DNA of 63,643 nucleotides from Rhynchobatus australiae (GCA_034780895.1 JAUZTB010000087.1:79054174-79117816), one strand, 5' to 3'. Numbered from the stretch's first letter, positions 1-13,463 are shown. Notes: generated from the letters alone by a model not told the origin. Translations and numbers: made by a program.

Positions 1-839
1 CATTGGCAGATTTAAATTGTCCCCACTGAGAAATCAAAGATTTGGCCGCGCATTTTGCGACAATTCTGTTCTGTAATTTTCTTCACAGGGATCACTGAGA
101 CTTATCATGGTATCTCTGTACTATGCATCTCAATGCAATATTTGCAGCTACAGGCCCCTCGAAGATGATAGTATGGAGCTATCAGACCAGATCACTGCAC
201 GCAGTGTTGAAGTGCCTCCAATCCCTCCGCAGAACTTTAATGCTACCATGAAGAGTATACATCAAGGTTCTGACTTGCTTCCACAGAAATGATGTGGCAG
301 GTGCCAATGGGAAAATGACTCACTGTGTTTTGACAATCAACCGATGAGGCAATAATGTTTTTTAAAGGCAAATCTCACCACGGTAACCATTCCTGGCAGG
401 TCCTTCAATTGGACATTAGGGCTAAAACCAGCAAGTGCTTAATGCACCAAAGATGGGTAAACTTCAATTGTTGGGCATGCCTCCATTCATCACCGGAGCG
501 GTGTAGTAACTCACCATTTCTTTTTTAGCTGCATCTCGCAAATGAATGACTTTGACAAATCAGAACACAAAAACATTTAAAAAATTGAAGCAGACATGGG
601 TGAATCAGGTCCTCATCTCTGCTCCACAATTCATAGCAAATTTTATAAGCCTAGTCACTTTCCTACATTAATTCCATTTTTGTTGATTCTCTTATTAACG
701 ATCTGTGTCTTGAATAGTCTGTCACCCCTGCATCTACCTTGTCAAGCCACAGTAGAATTTTTCACCACTATCATCTCCCTTTAAAGTTTTAGAGTAAAGA
801 TTAACCTCTCCTCTTGGCATAATATCACCCCCAGTATCT

Positions 840-1900
840 CACAATCTGGTGTATCTTTAATTTACTCCCTTTGTTTCATGTGTATCCTTCTATGCAGTGA
901 GACCAGACCTGAACACAATATTCCAGGTGCAATGTCACCAGGGTCCTTTCTATCACTTAGCCACCTTCGTTCTTGAACTCCAACCCTCTTGCAATAAAGT
1001 TCAACATATCATTTACCTTCCAAATTGCTTGGTCTATCTACACACTAACTTTCAGTGATTTATGTACAAGGATATTCAGGTCCCTCTCAACACCTATGGG
1101 TGTTCAATTCTCAGCATTTAAAAAAAGTCCTCTGCCTTTTTAATTTTTTTTTCCCTCCTTCACCCTTTTCCATATTACATTCCATCTGCCATGTACTTGT
1201 CCATTCACAGCCCCTCAGGCATCCTCCTCACAACTCAGTTACCCAACTCAAAGGTGGATTTTTTAAACTCGGACCTTCATGCTAATCGTTTATACAGATT
1301 ATGATCAGCTGGGTTTCCAGCTCCAAACATATAGCACCCTGCTTTTCACAGCTTCCCAATCTGTTAAGAGACTCATTTATTCCTAATCTCTCTTAGAGAA
1401 TTTATAGTAATGTATTACCCCAATCCTGAGATCTAATTTTGTTTATTAACTTCTTGTTGGGCACCTTATTAAAAGCCTTCTCAAAGTCCAAATACACTAC
1501 ATCAACTGGTTCTCCTTTATTTATTCTGCGAATCACAATCACAAAAAGCTCCAACAGATTTGTAAGACATGATTTCCCTTTCTAACTCTACCCAGTCCTA
1601 CAATAACTCTCCAAGTACTGTAACCTGTCACCACTGACTTAATGGTAGATTTCTGCATTTCCCCTTCCACTGATGTGAGATTAACTGTTGAATGTTAACC
1701 GTATTCCGTCTTGCTCCTTTCTTATATCCTGGGACTGATTTGGCATATTCCAACTGTGGGAGTTACTCTCAAGTTGATCATCTCCATTCCCACTTACTTT
1801 AGAGCAGTTCATCAGATCCTGGGGATTTATTTGCTTTCAGTCTCATTAATTTCACCAATAGTTTTTTTTTAAAACTGATTCTCATTTCTTTTACCATCTT
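840..1900 (-). mobile_element. Old, decayed CR1-type LINE ORF2 remnant
   Basis: Recognisable CR1 antisense phrases (gaacacaatattccaggtg; aaaagccttctcaaagtccaaatacactacatc; agatttgtaagacatgatttccc) with many indels. Confidence 0.6.
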
Positions 1901-2176
1901 ATTCAATCCAGATCTGATCTTCTCCATTATTTACGGGAGGTTTTTTCTCCCCCTCATCTTTCATGAAGACTGACACAATATATTTGCTTAATTTCTCTGC
2001 CATTTTGTGAGCTAAATGCCAACATTTCCATGTGAAACTTCTGGCATTCCCTAATAAGATCTGACCCAAACTTCTGACCAAAGTAAAACAAAATTAAATT
2101 TAATAATATGGTCAAAGCACAGCACCTTGCAATTGGAAAAACAATGCCACTGGCTATTATCTGATCATCTCCTTAC

Positions 2177-2351
2177 CCAACAAGGTAGCAATCAGTGCAG
2201 AGTCTATCCCATCAATGGGTTCACAGATTCGAGCCACAACCGGATGCACTTGCTGAGAGAGGTAGTACTGTGTGTCAATGGTCAAGTTTTCCTGCTTCTG
2301 CAGTTGCTCAGGTGCATAAGCTCGCTGGCTGGCACTCAAGTTTGAGCCATC
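2177..2351 (-). CDS. POLA1: POLA1 coding exon (175 bp): [58 protein letters not shown](G)
   Basis: Overlaps ORF 2157..2339; TTTAG acceptor, GTAAGG donor; follows a 104-bp intron. The next exon was not found in 1-2176. Confidence 0.96.
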
Positions 2352-2455
2352 CTAAAGAAATACATTGTTAGTGTTCATCACCAAGGCTAATATTGGTTTC
2401 AACCTATTTTGGCAAAGTTCAATTTGGTTGAAGTCACTATTTTTCCATTTCTTAC

Positions 2456-2587
2456 TTGACAAATGATGTAAGATACTGTGTCCCCAGCTTTTACTTTGCG
2501 TCCACCTTGGGAATTTATCCACAGGGCAACATGGACATGAGGCAGGCTTTTTTTATCTGGGTAATCTTGGGGATCCTTGGTCAAAGC
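2456..2587 (-). CDS. POLA1: POLA1 coding exon (132 bp): [44 protein letters not shown]
   Basis: Overlaps ORF 2399..2584; CTGTAG acceptor, GTAAGA donor. Confidence 0.97.
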
Positions 2588-4464
2588 CTACAGCAGTAAA
2601 GAAAACACAAGTAAAAATAACATTTTAAAATTATTCAATCAATAATCACAAGAAAAGGAGAAAGCAGTATGTCCACGTCACCCAAATTCCTAATATATAA
2701 ACTCCCAAACTTCACTTCAGTTACCCATTCTCTCATTATATGTGCTTCGGCAATGGTCAATCTACTGTATCTTTTTCTGCTTTGAACAATACTTAGCAAG
2801 CAACTCTGAAAAAAGCTGTCAGCTCAGCACTACTAAATTACCAAAGCAGAGCTCTCCATATCCATATCAATCCTGAACAGTGCTCAAGGGCACTCACATT
2901 CTCATTAAGGTTAGGCATTGATTGCTGGAGTTGCTAACCTTTGCTAATATTCAGCAATTTGGAATGTGCCCACTGGAATCTTGCATTTAGCTCCACCTGT
3001 GCATAATCGGTGATAGAAGCCTCGAAATGCATGATGGAAAGATCACTTGTATTATATCAGAATTCAATTTGCTTTCGGTCATTGACTTGGATCCCTTATT
3101 ATACTCCATTGATGTAAATCTTCTTAGCAATATCTTCCAGTAACAAATTCACTTCCTCACAATGTACCACCACTATTTCCTCCCCTCCACCCACCCCCCC
3201 ACCCCCAAGGATTTATCCATGGTGCCCTATTTATCCAGATGCTGTTGTTTCGCAACATTATCTACAAAATGTAAAGTTAGATTCTACACATAGGCAGCTG
3301 AGACCCAACTTCATGTCAACCCTGCACAACCTCACAAACCTTTCCACTGCACAATTAGAGCTGTCCTCCTTTCTCTGACTTCCTCTCATACTGTCAAACC
3401 CATCCCTATCATTGCCTCTCCATCCCAAACTCTTCCTTTGATTATGGCCTTCAGTTTAGTGATGGTTGTGCTTTCAGTCATCCAGGCCAATCGACTTTAT
3501 CTAAATGAATAGTCAGTGCTGTTGGACACAATTTGTGATACAGAAATTAATTTGCACTCTAGCTGCCATCAATTATTTATAAACATGGATGATGAAAATT
3601 CAGAAGCACTAAGATGAAGGCAAGAAATATTGTGCGGGAGTTGGGGATAGGGTGAAAACAAAAAAAAAACTCTTGGATGAAGATAGAAGAAATCAAGACC
3701 AAACATCAAGGTAAATATTTATTACAAGCATTACTTTTTATTTTCCAGGAACGAAATAAAAATCTGTGTGAATGTCCAATAACTGTGGCAAGTGTTAGCT
3801 CGTTCTTCCCATGGGTGTACTGTGTGCTGGTTTTAAGTTCAGGCTGTATAACATCCTGCTGAAGGTGCCTGATGAGTAACATCTGTGTGAAATCACTGTC
3901 AGTAAGCTACAAAACACTAGTTTCACAAGATTTTATTCTAAAATCACAGCTGAAGCTATTTTATTAAAAACAAGCTATATTTAACCTCCCTGCAGACTCT
4001 GTACAAGTGTTGCCCATCTTCCGATGAACTCTCCCCATCAGCTCAATAATTTAAACCACAGTCTGTTAATCATAGATTGTTGCTGCAGACTTGTACATCT
4101 GCAGACTTTTAGCAGAATCAAGGTTAGAATTGCTTTAGTGGTGTAACCAAACTGCAAATTGTTTTCATTTGACACAAAGAGCCAGAAGCAGAGCTGCAGA
4201 CTGACTCGAAATACTTTAAAATACCAAAACACACACAAGAGAAACACATAAAGAGATGTAGTTACATCTGTGGGAAACTGCAACTGATTTACTGATCATT
4301 CGTCTGTTGAGAAACCGAGAAATTAGAACACTGGTACACAGAAACAACTCCAAATCCTGTTAGTCTCATCAACTTCAGAATAAAATATGACTCTTGTGGA
4401 AGAACTTAATTAAGATTATATTTTAGTTTTAGTAAGGCTGAATCAACGATTCTGTCAACTACAA

Positions 4465-4586
4465 GATACAGGAGGATGTTTCCCCTAACTGAGGAGTCTA
4501 GGACCATGGGACATATGTAGCTTGAGAATAAGGGGCAAGTTATTTGGGACTGAGATGGGGAGAATTTTCTTCACTCAGAGGGCGAT
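4465..4586 (+). mobile_element. CR1 3' ORF2 fragment
   Basis: ggatgtttcccct...gagtctaggacc...gggactgagatggggagaattttcttcactcagaggg resembles the CR1 ORF2 C-terminal region. Confidence 0.6.
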
Positions 4587-4587
4587 G

Positions 4588-5318
4588 ACATAAGAACATA
4601 CATCAGAAATAGGAGCAGGAATAGGCCATCTGGCCCGTCAAGCCTCCTCTGCCATTCAATAAGATCATGGCTGATCTGGCTGTGGACTCAGATCCACCTA
4701 TCTGCCTTTTCCCATAACCCTTAACTGTGTCTTACATATACTTAATGAGGTTGCCTCCACTGCTTCCCTGGGCAGAGAATTCCACAGATTCACTTTCTGG
4801 GAAAAGCAGTTTCTCCTCGTCTGTCTTAAACCTACTCTCCCGAACCGTAAGGCTATGTCCCCTCGTTCTAGTCTCACCTATCAGTGGCAACAACCTTCCT
4901 GACTCTATTTTATCTATCCCTTTCATAATTTTATATGTTTCTGTAAGATCCCAGTCAATTCTTCTGAATTCCAGTGAGTATAGTCCCAGATGACTCAATC
5001 TCTCCTCGTAGGATAACCCCCTCATCTCCGGAATCAACCTGGTGAACCTCCTCTGCACTGCCTCCAAAGCCAGTACATCTTTCCTCAAGTAAGGAGACCA
5101 GAACTGCAGGCAGTATTCCAGGTGCGGCCTCACCAGTACCCTGTACAGTTGAAGCATTACCTCCCTGCTCTTAAATTCAATCCCTCAATGAAGGCCAACA
5201 TTCATTAGCCTTCTTGATAACCTGTTGCACCTGCAAACCAACCTTGTGTGATTCATGCACAAACTCTCCCAAGTCCCTCTGCACAACAGCATTCTGCAAT
5301 CTTTTACCATTTTAAATA
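4588..5318 (-). mobile_element. CR1 LINE 3' part (RT C-terminus, 3' UTR and repeat tail)
   Basis: ORF 4732..5157 reads LYRVLVRPHLEYCLQFWSPYLRKDVLALEAVQRRFTRLIP...YEERL, the typical CR1 ORF2 end; the tail appears as cataagaacata...aggagcagga. Confidence 0.92.
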
Positions 5319-5339
5319 TTCTACTATAGAACATATCAT

Positions 5340-5606
5340 AAGATAAGACAAGATAAGATATCTTTATTAGTCACATGTACAGTGAAATGCATCTTTTGTG
5401 TAAAGTGTTCTGGGGGCAGCCCGCAAGTATCACCACGCTTCTGGTGCCAACTTAGCATGCCCACAACTTCCTAACCCATACGCCTTTGGAATGTGGGAGG
5501 AAACCAACACAGACATGAGGAGAATGTACAACTCCTTACAGACAGTGGCTGGAATTGAACCGGGGTCACTGGCGCTGTAAAGCATTATGCTAACCGCTAC
5601 ACTACC
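5340..5606 (-). mobile_element. tRNA-derived V-SINE with (CTTAT)n-type tail
   Basis: Antisense V-domain core (ctttggaatgtgggaggaaacc...ggagaatgtacaactccttacagacag) and antisense tRNA head (gaattgaacc...ctaaccgctacactacc). Confidence 0.85.
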
Positions 5607-6570
5607 AAGCTTTCAATGATTTCAAAATAATCTTTGGACAGAAGTGACCTATGTGCTTCATCTCTTTCTTGAAAAATGATTGCATGTGATGCTTCAAAGT
5701 TAATGACTCAGTGCAATATGCACAAATCTGTGTTTACCTTGTTTTTATCCTCCCTGTGCTGTTTTATTGCAAAGGCCCAATTAGCAGCATATTTTAGCCA
5801 GAGGTGGAATATTTCCGTGCCAGCGGCTGTCCATTTTATGGAAGAGCAGAAGGCCATCCAGCTGTTTCCAAAAGATTTTGTTTGCCCATTTGACCTAATC
5901 ATGCTTGCTTTGGAACAATTGACAAAAATCACCATTTCGACTGTGCTGTTTATCCTGCTAATGCTTTCTGGCAAACTACATTTGAAAATTGCTGTATTTA
6001 CAAAATAGTCTGAAGGCATTCACAATATTACAGTCGCTTTTGTAATCCTTTATAATTTGAAGCCACAATCCTGAGTCAGGCTTCTGACTTAGAAGATTGT
6101 GGTTGCAAGAACCAAACTAATAAGCCAGGCTGACACCCCAGAGCAGTGAAAACAGACTGAAATGCAATGTTATGCCAGATTCTTTTAGATGATATGTTAA
6201 ATTGTGCCGTGCTGTTGGCCCCTCAGTGGACAAAAGTTCTGCTTGAAGAAGTTGTTGCCCTGGTGCCCTGATAAACATTTCAGCCAAACAGACAATGGAA
6301 TTATTTATCCTATTGTTGTTTGCGGAATCATCCTCTGTACAGGTTGGATGCCGCAAGACAATAGTGTGAGGTACTTCAGAAGAAATGCATTGATTGTTAG
6401 GCTCATTCAGACATCCTGAAAGCAGCTTTATTGTTGCAAGGTCATTTTCTCTTATTGTCTGTTTACGGGCCAATATCACTTTCTCCCCTGAGGTTTCCGA
6501 GGTAGGATGAACAGACGATAACACTAGCTTTTTGCAAATGATTAGAGTAAGGGCATGGAGAAGGAAGAAA

Positions 6571-6697
6571 GAGATGAAGGTTCTCGACCCGAAACGTCGA
6601 CTGTCCATTTCCATCCGTAGATGCTGCCTGACCCGCTCAGTTCCTCCGGTGTTCTGTGTGCTCCAGATTCCAGCATCTGCAGCCCTCTTGTGTCTCT
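6571..6697 (+). mobile_element. Penelope-type terminal-repeat fragment with a 5'-damaged hammerhead-like motif
   Basis: gagatgaaggttctcgacccgaaacgtcgactg...gatgctgcctgacccgctcagttcctcc...ccagattccagcatctgcag; same family as the copies at 7069 and 18326. Confidence 0.7.
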
Positions 6698-6744
6698 AAT
6701 CAACATTTCACTCCTTGCTGCTGCTTGATCTTCATACTTCATTG

Positions 6745-7420
6745 TCATCTGTGGTGCAGTTGTGTCTTGAATTAGGAAAATCCCAGGTTCAAATCCCAGA
6801 GCGTGGAGTGCAAACAATCCACTGAAGTACGAGGTTGTGCTGTACTGAGAGAGGTATTTCTTGAATGAGCTGTTAAACCTAGCCCTAGATTCTGTGGAAT
6901 CAGAATAACACCATTTAAAAGAATGGGAAGTACAGGTAGTTCCAGCATCCATACGAGTATTTGCCCCTTAACAAACATTTCTAAAAATAACATTATTTGG
7001 TCATTATCACATTGGCCTTTGTGGAAGCCTGTGAGTAGAAGCTTGCTGTATGCAATTGGCCGTCACATCAGAGAAACAAAGGACTGCAGATGCTGGAATC
7101 TGGATGAAAAACGTGATGATGCTGGAGGAACTCAGCAGGCCAGGCAGCATCCGCGGAGAAAAGCAGGAGGTCAACGTTTTGGGTTGGGACCCTTCTTCGG
7201 GACTGAAGATAGGGCTCCCTCTTTTCTTATCTCCAGTCTTGAAGAAGGGTCCTGACCCGAAACATTGACCGCCTGTTTCTGCACGGATGCTGCGTGGCCT
7301 GGCTGTCACATTGCTTGCATTGCCATAGTGAGTACACTTCAGAAGTACCTCATGGGCTGTAAAGTACTGGAGTATTCCATCAGGGTGTTATATAAATACA
7401 AGTCTGTTCTTTCTTTCTTC
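6745..7420 (+). mobile_element. Ancient Deu-domain SINE (SacSINE1/AmnSINE1-like), interrupted by a Penelope-derived insertion
   Basis: B-box ggttcaaatcc; Deu-like segment ttggtcattatcacatt...tgtggaagc...gcttgctgtatgcaattggc; tail acacttcagaagtacctcatgggctgtaaag...tatataaatacaagtc plus (tctt)n. Confidence 0.6.
7069..7299. mobile_element. Short inverted-repeat Penelope-derived element flanked by a 12-bp near-perfect TSD
   Basis: The arms are reverse complements around a central spacer; tggccgtcacat at 7057-7068 and tggctgtcacat at 7300-7311. Confidence 0.75.
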
Positions 7421-8563
7421 TCTGCCTTTTCCCTGTTCCACAGCCAATGGAGGCATCAAAGGGTAAAATGAAGAGCATTTGAAAATTCGCCCACGCAAAG
7501 ACTAAGTCACAGAGTCGTACAGCACGGAAACAGGCCCTTTGGCCCAACTCGTCCGTGTTGACTAAGGGGCCTTCCTGAGCTAGTCCTATTTGCCTGCATT
7601 TGGCCCATTTCCCTCTTTCGTGTCTATGATCCTGTCCAAATATCTTCTAAGTGTTGTAGTTCTACAGGCCTCGAGTGTATTAGTGTTAAATTCTGAGTTC
7701 ACTGTATTACTGGAGACACTTACTTCATACTTCAGTTTGTGCAGTGGACTGAGGACTTTACTTAAAATCTCCTCTGGTGTCCATGTACTAATCTTCATGC
7801 AGCACAATTTCAAGAGCTTGTGTACAATCCCCACAGTTTACACCCTCCACACGCATCACCATATCAGGTGCTGCACATAAGAGGTAAATGCAAAGACACT
7901 GCATGCCAGCTGTTTTGTTCATGAAAATCAAAAAATTTGCAGACACTGGAAATCTGTGATTTAAAAAGAAAAAAATGCTGGAAACATTCAGAGGTCGGGC
8001 AGCATCTGTGGAGAGAGAAATAGAGTTAACATTTCAGGCCAAAGGTCTTCAGCACTGAACAACTTAAAAGCTATGCCATTCTGAGATGAAATCCAGTCTT
8101 CAGGCAACTTTATCAAGCTGTCGGCCTGTGAGTTGGATGAGGGATTTACCATCCACCTCCTAGGTTACGCAGTTACAACTATGTAACTGTGCCTGATATC
8201 AGGTGGACTATACCTTTTTATTTAATCAAGTTTTTTTTTGTCCCATCACCATAAAAAGAGAGCAAAGGCGTTTAGATAAGTATGAGGATAGGGGAGGTTT
8301 AAGGAGCTATGTGCCAAACATGGGCAGATGGGACGAGCTCGGGCAACACAGTCAGCACGGACAAGTTGGGCCGAAGGGTGTGTTCAAATGCTGTGTGACT
8401 CTATGACCGAGTTGTGACCAATGGACCAATGTTGCTTTATTAATGTGCAGATTGTAACTTTGGNNNNNNNNNNNNNNNNNNNNNNNNNNNNNNNNNNNNN
8501 NNNNNNNNNNNNNNNNNNNNNNNNNNNNNNNNNNNNNNNNNNNNNNNNNNNNNNNNNNNNNNN

Positions 8564-8793
8564 GCAATTCATGCACAAGCACTCCCAAGTCCCTCTGCAC
8601 AACAGCATGCTGCAATCTTTCACTATTTAAATAATGATCTCATCTTCTATTTTACCTTCCAAAGTGGATGACCTCGCATTTACCAACATTGTACTCCACC
8701 CGCCAGACCCTCGCCCACTCTCTTAACCTATCTATATCTCTCTGCAGACTCTCCGCATCCTCTGCGCAATTTGCTTTTCCACTCAAGTTAGTG
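8564..8793 (-). mobile_element. CR1 RT fragment truncated by a gap
   Basis: ORF 8352..8615 starts with QHAVVQRDLGVLVHE (CR1 'RDLGV' motif) and is similar to 5250-5315. Confidence 0.8.
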
Positions 8794-8990
8794 CAATGAA
8801 CCTCTGGAATTCTCAACTCCAGCTGGCTGTGGAAATTCAGTCACATGTTCATTCAGGCAGATATTGACAGATTTCTGGACATTAAGAGAATCAAGGAATA
8901 TGGGGATAAAGCTGAAAAAAATGGCACTGATCTCATCAGTCATGATCTTAATGAAAGGCAAAACAAGCTTTAAGGATTGATCCTATTCCT
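8794..8990 (+). mobile_element. CR1 3' end fragment
   Basis: ctctggaattctc...ggctgtgga...gatattgacagatttctgg...tcaaggaatatgggg...catgatcttaatgaa...cctattcct. Confidence 0.6.
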
Positions 8991-10285
8991 TACAAAGCTG
9001 GAACCCCAAACTGAAATTTTGCGAATTTTGAAAACCCCAGACTGCTCATCAACTTTTGAAATGTTAGGCTGTGTGCAGAGCTTTCTTTGTGCACTAACAT
9101 GTACACATACAGCTTCACTCTGGGCCAAAAAAGTCGATAGGAATTAGATATTACAAGGCTGCAATGAATACTTTTTAAACTACTGCCTTCAAAATGGCAT
9201 TTGCAGTGTAAGAACTGCATAAAGCAAATACATTTCTATAAACCAGTAGTAAGGGTTCAATGATGGTCTGCACCCACAGACGAGATCAGTACTAAAGTTA
9301 ATTGCAATCAAACTAGTTTTCATACTTTATACTGCAAATAATAGTCTAAATAATTCAGAATATTGGAATTTTAGGATGCTCTTTAAAAATAAAATTACTT
9401 CCACTCCAACGTTCCTCATTTAGAAAATTTCTTTACTCGTTCTTTAGCACCAATATTACAATTACTGGCACATGCTGTACACAACTGATTCAGCGTCACC
9501 CAATCACTCTTAGTTCAGAAGTATTGATATGGACCTCCTTTGATGAAACATAGTGAGGTTACTTTTGAACAAGCCAATCTTGAGCTGCTATGACTCTGGC
9601 AAAGGGGAAGAATCACATGGTATGGAAAGTCAGTCACCCAGCACAGAAACATACCCTTTTTCACTCAAACTGTGAANNNNNNNNNNNNNNNNNNNNNNNN
9701 NNNNNNNNNNNNNNNNNNNNNNNNNNNNNNNNNNNNNNNNNNNNNNNNNNNNNNNNNNNNNNNNNNNNNNNNNNNNTGTGAATTTAAATGAGCACATCTT
9801 TTTTTTTGAGGTCATTATCTAAAATTTGTAATTTGTGTAAAATCCTTCCCCACCCAAATCAGCATTCAATTTCTGCACTGAATACATTGGGCAACATACA
9901 TCTTACCCTTCTCCACCAAACTGTAGCTTTGATTACAACAGGACTGTGTGATGAGAGAAGCTTAAAAGAAGTAGTTGCTACACTGCACTCGCAGCTATAT
10001 TACCATTAACAGAGGGAAGAAAAGTTAAGTAATATTAATAAAGTAGGGTTAAATGGAGTGAGATCAGGTTGGATTGTCCCTTTACAGCCAGAACATACAA
10101 GATGGGCTGAATGGCCCCTTCCCATGATATCATATTCTATCATATGTACAGGATCATTTGACTTTTATAACATTATAAACTCAGCTGTATTCACATGGTT
10201 GGAGCCTAGTGACCCAACCGAGCAGAATCGTTGAATATTCTTGCAAGCCAAATTCATACATTAGGAAGTTTAAGAGGTACCCTAC

Positions 10286-10418
10286 CTTGTTAATTTCAAA
10301 GTATTTCTGAGGAACACTGCCATTCATAACACTCTCCTGGATTTCGGCAAGTCTCTTCTGGATATTCTCCACAATTGTGTCACGTGGCTGATCAGAGAGT
10401 ATTTGACTGATAACATAA
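10286..10418 (-). CDS. POLA1: POLA1 coding exon (133 bp): (N)[44 protein letters not shown]
   Basis: Overlaps ORF 10181..10372; TTTGTAG acceptor, GTAGGG donor; the first base completes the split Asn codon. Confidence 0.95.
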
Positions 10419-10629
10419 CTACAAAGAAAAAATTAAATGAAAGCTAAAGCACATTCTTTTAAAGAGACTGAGCATTTCAGAAAGAAACATTTCTTTATCC
10501 AGTGATGGATAATAAACAATCCTCATACCCTGACATGTAAGAACATTTTTCACAAAGTAATAATGGAATTTGTAACTAAGGAAACCTTCCCATAGCAATG
10601 AGAAAAGAGAACTCTCTCCCTTGCAGCAC

Positions 10630-10760
10630 TGTGGATATACCCGCACCTCAAGGACTGCAGTGGTTCAAGAAGGCAACTCACCACCACATTCTCAAGGGTG
10701 ACTAGGGATGGGCCATTAAATGCTGCTTTAGCCTGTGAAGCCCACATCCCTTGAATAAAT
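10630..10760 (+). mobile_element. LINE/SINE 3' tail fragment
   Basis: ggactgcagtggttcaagaaggcaactcaccaccacattctcaaggg...gcccacatcccttgaataaat resembles a common chondrichthyan retroposon 3' end. Confidence 0.55.
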
Positions 10761-11329
10761 ATATGTATAGTAGATAATCTACCTTGGCAATTTTGCTCAA
10801 GGGATAAACAGTTATGTAGGNNNNNNNNNNNNNNNNNNNNNNNNNNNNNNNNNNNNNNNNNNNNNNNNNNNNNNNNNNNNNNNNNNNNNNNNNNNNNNNN
10901 NNNNNNNNNNNNNNNNNNNNAAGGTCAGCTTATATCATATGGAAATATTGAATAAATGGACTCCAAACTTCCTCAAATTTAAGCAAAGGATCAGCAGCAG
11001 GAATATGTATTCTGATGTTCTTCAGATAGCACCTGGTAGGGTGTGGGGGGAGATGGGGGTTGCAGAGCAATGGAAAATAAACATGACTTAAGTTTAATGG
11101 TCTGCAGAGGACAGCAACATTAATGGTGCAGCATTATTACACGTAAGACTTTGTGCTCAAGTTTCTTGAGTGCTATTTAAACCCACACTTCCGACTCAGA
11201 GGCGAGAGCACTATCCACCAAGACAAAGCTAATTGTGCCTATACACTCAAGTTAGTACTACATTATATATCAAAAATGTATTTTAAAAGCACATAAGAAA
11301 AGGCATATTATTTAAAATCAGTTACTTAC

Positions 11330-11535
11330 TTCCCAGTTTCTTTTGCGAGGTCACACCAGTCTCGTCTGACAATATCCAGTCCTTTCAACTCCTGTTTTGT
11401 GACATAGTGTCCATCTGCAGTTGGTTCTATGACAAGGGCCGCATATTTCTTCTTCTTCAACAGCAGCAGTGACTTAAACACACCATCCACGTCCAGCTCC
11501 AGGAGTTTGTACTGCTTATTTACTTCGCTCTTGAC
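11330..11535 (-). CDS. POLA1: POLA1 coding exon (206 bp): [68 protein letters not shown](N)
   Basis: Overlaps ORF 11326..11598; KKKKYAAL and [10 protein letters not shown] motifs; CTGCAG acceptor, GTAAGT donor; ends in phase 2. Confidence 0.97.
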
Positions 11536-13331
11536 CTGCAGAAACAACAGCAGGTTTGGCAAGTTTTCACACTGTCTCATTCGATCCACCTTACCCATAC
11601 CTAAACTATAGGATGATTATAGTATGAACCTGGATTAGTTTCCCTCAGTAGTGATATTGACACCTATTACATTATTTTCAACCCACGAAAGAATAAGGTG
11701 GCATTTAAAGCCAATTTAAACAAGTATGAAACTTGCCATCAGACCAGGTGAATTAATACACTCTCATTCTCTCACAAGCAACGTGGTGCTTGTGAGGTAT
11801 AATGCAGGATCACATACACTTAAACTACACACGTGCCCTTTTAACATCCAATTAATTAACTAAAAGCAGCTTAAAGTAAGGGAAATAAATGCATTTCATA
11901 ATTTTGCAAATAAAAAGCTCACAATGTTAATCCCTCCAGCCTGACGTCCCAGTGGGATTATATTCCATGAGTCACCTGCAACCTCATTCATTCCCGAAAG
12001 TGGATCAAGGTATGTTGGTCTGACTATTCTGACTTTAAAAATGCACCCTGTCGAAGCCAAACCTTGTTTTGAAGAATCAAATGATAACAGTCTGAGGTGG
12101 ATCTTTGACTTGACTTTGGATCAAGAAGTCAAGGCTTAAATGACCCTTCCAACCTTTTGCTGATGAGCAGAACTCTACCAGAGCGAAATACCAGAAAGAA
12201 ATCCAGGCTTTACCCAGGCAAGAGTTCTACTCTTCCTCCCTGAATGAATTAAAAAGGGCAGGCCCCAAGGCTTTTGATTCACATTTATATGCCATTTAAA
12301 TCCGTCCTCTTTGCCAGAGTTCTGTGTGATTCCATTTCTAACATTCAGTTGTTCGGTGTTTGGGGCAGTTGATCACAGAGACAATTCCATAAAGCCACTT
12401 CAGTGGTTAACCACTATTTGTGAATCTGGTTACATTCTGTTACTTTTTCACTTCAGTAGTTACAAGCAACTACTTCAGCAGGTGATATTTTCAACTGTAA
12501 AACTTGAAGGCTACAAGTGTTCAATTAACAGAACCAGGTAAAGATCAGAACAATTTAAAAATCACTACTGCTACCAGCAAGCAAAGTTTGTTAATGTCTC
12601 ACTTCAGCAGGTTTCTGGCAGAATCTGAAAATAAAACTGAAAGAAACACATCAAGCTGATGAAACTCAAAAGGAGGTTTGTGATTTCATCTCCAACAAAT
12701 CTGATCAATACATAAATGTGAATTTCCAGATAGTTTTAGGGAGAAAATTTTATGCATTATTTTAATTAGTAAAAATTTTCTACATTTCCAGTTTCCCTTT
12801 AAATTTTCATCAAATAACCAATGACTACTTCCATCGAAACAATATTGTTGGGGTTGGGGCGTGGGGGAAGAGCTGGTGAAAGTTAAACAAAACAAGTTTG
12901 ACTTTTCCATCACATAATCAACTTATCTGATTTACTGGACATACTTAAGGGTAACAGTGAACAGTTGAAAGAATAGCTCAGCCAAGGAGCTCAGTCCATA
13001 CGAGTTCACAAACTGTATGTACAATACAGAAAGTAGCATTTGCAGAACCTTACCAGTATGGAACTCCTCATGGGAAGAAAGGAATTTCAACTAAAAGCCA
13101 CCTGGCTATAACCAAATTGTTTAGATTACGGTTTTCACAGTTAGGGTCTACAACTCAAGCAAAGGCAAATTGAAGTAAAATAAATCCTATTTCATTTACA
13201 TGTAAAATTTACTGAAATTCAAGTGAATGATTCAGAAGATGCCCAAATTCTTCTGATCTATAAATAAATCTCATACTCGTGACACATGTTTTTTTTAAAT
13301 GGCACTGATATCTGATCTGTGCATCAGATTA

Positions 13332-13463
<132 letters not shown>

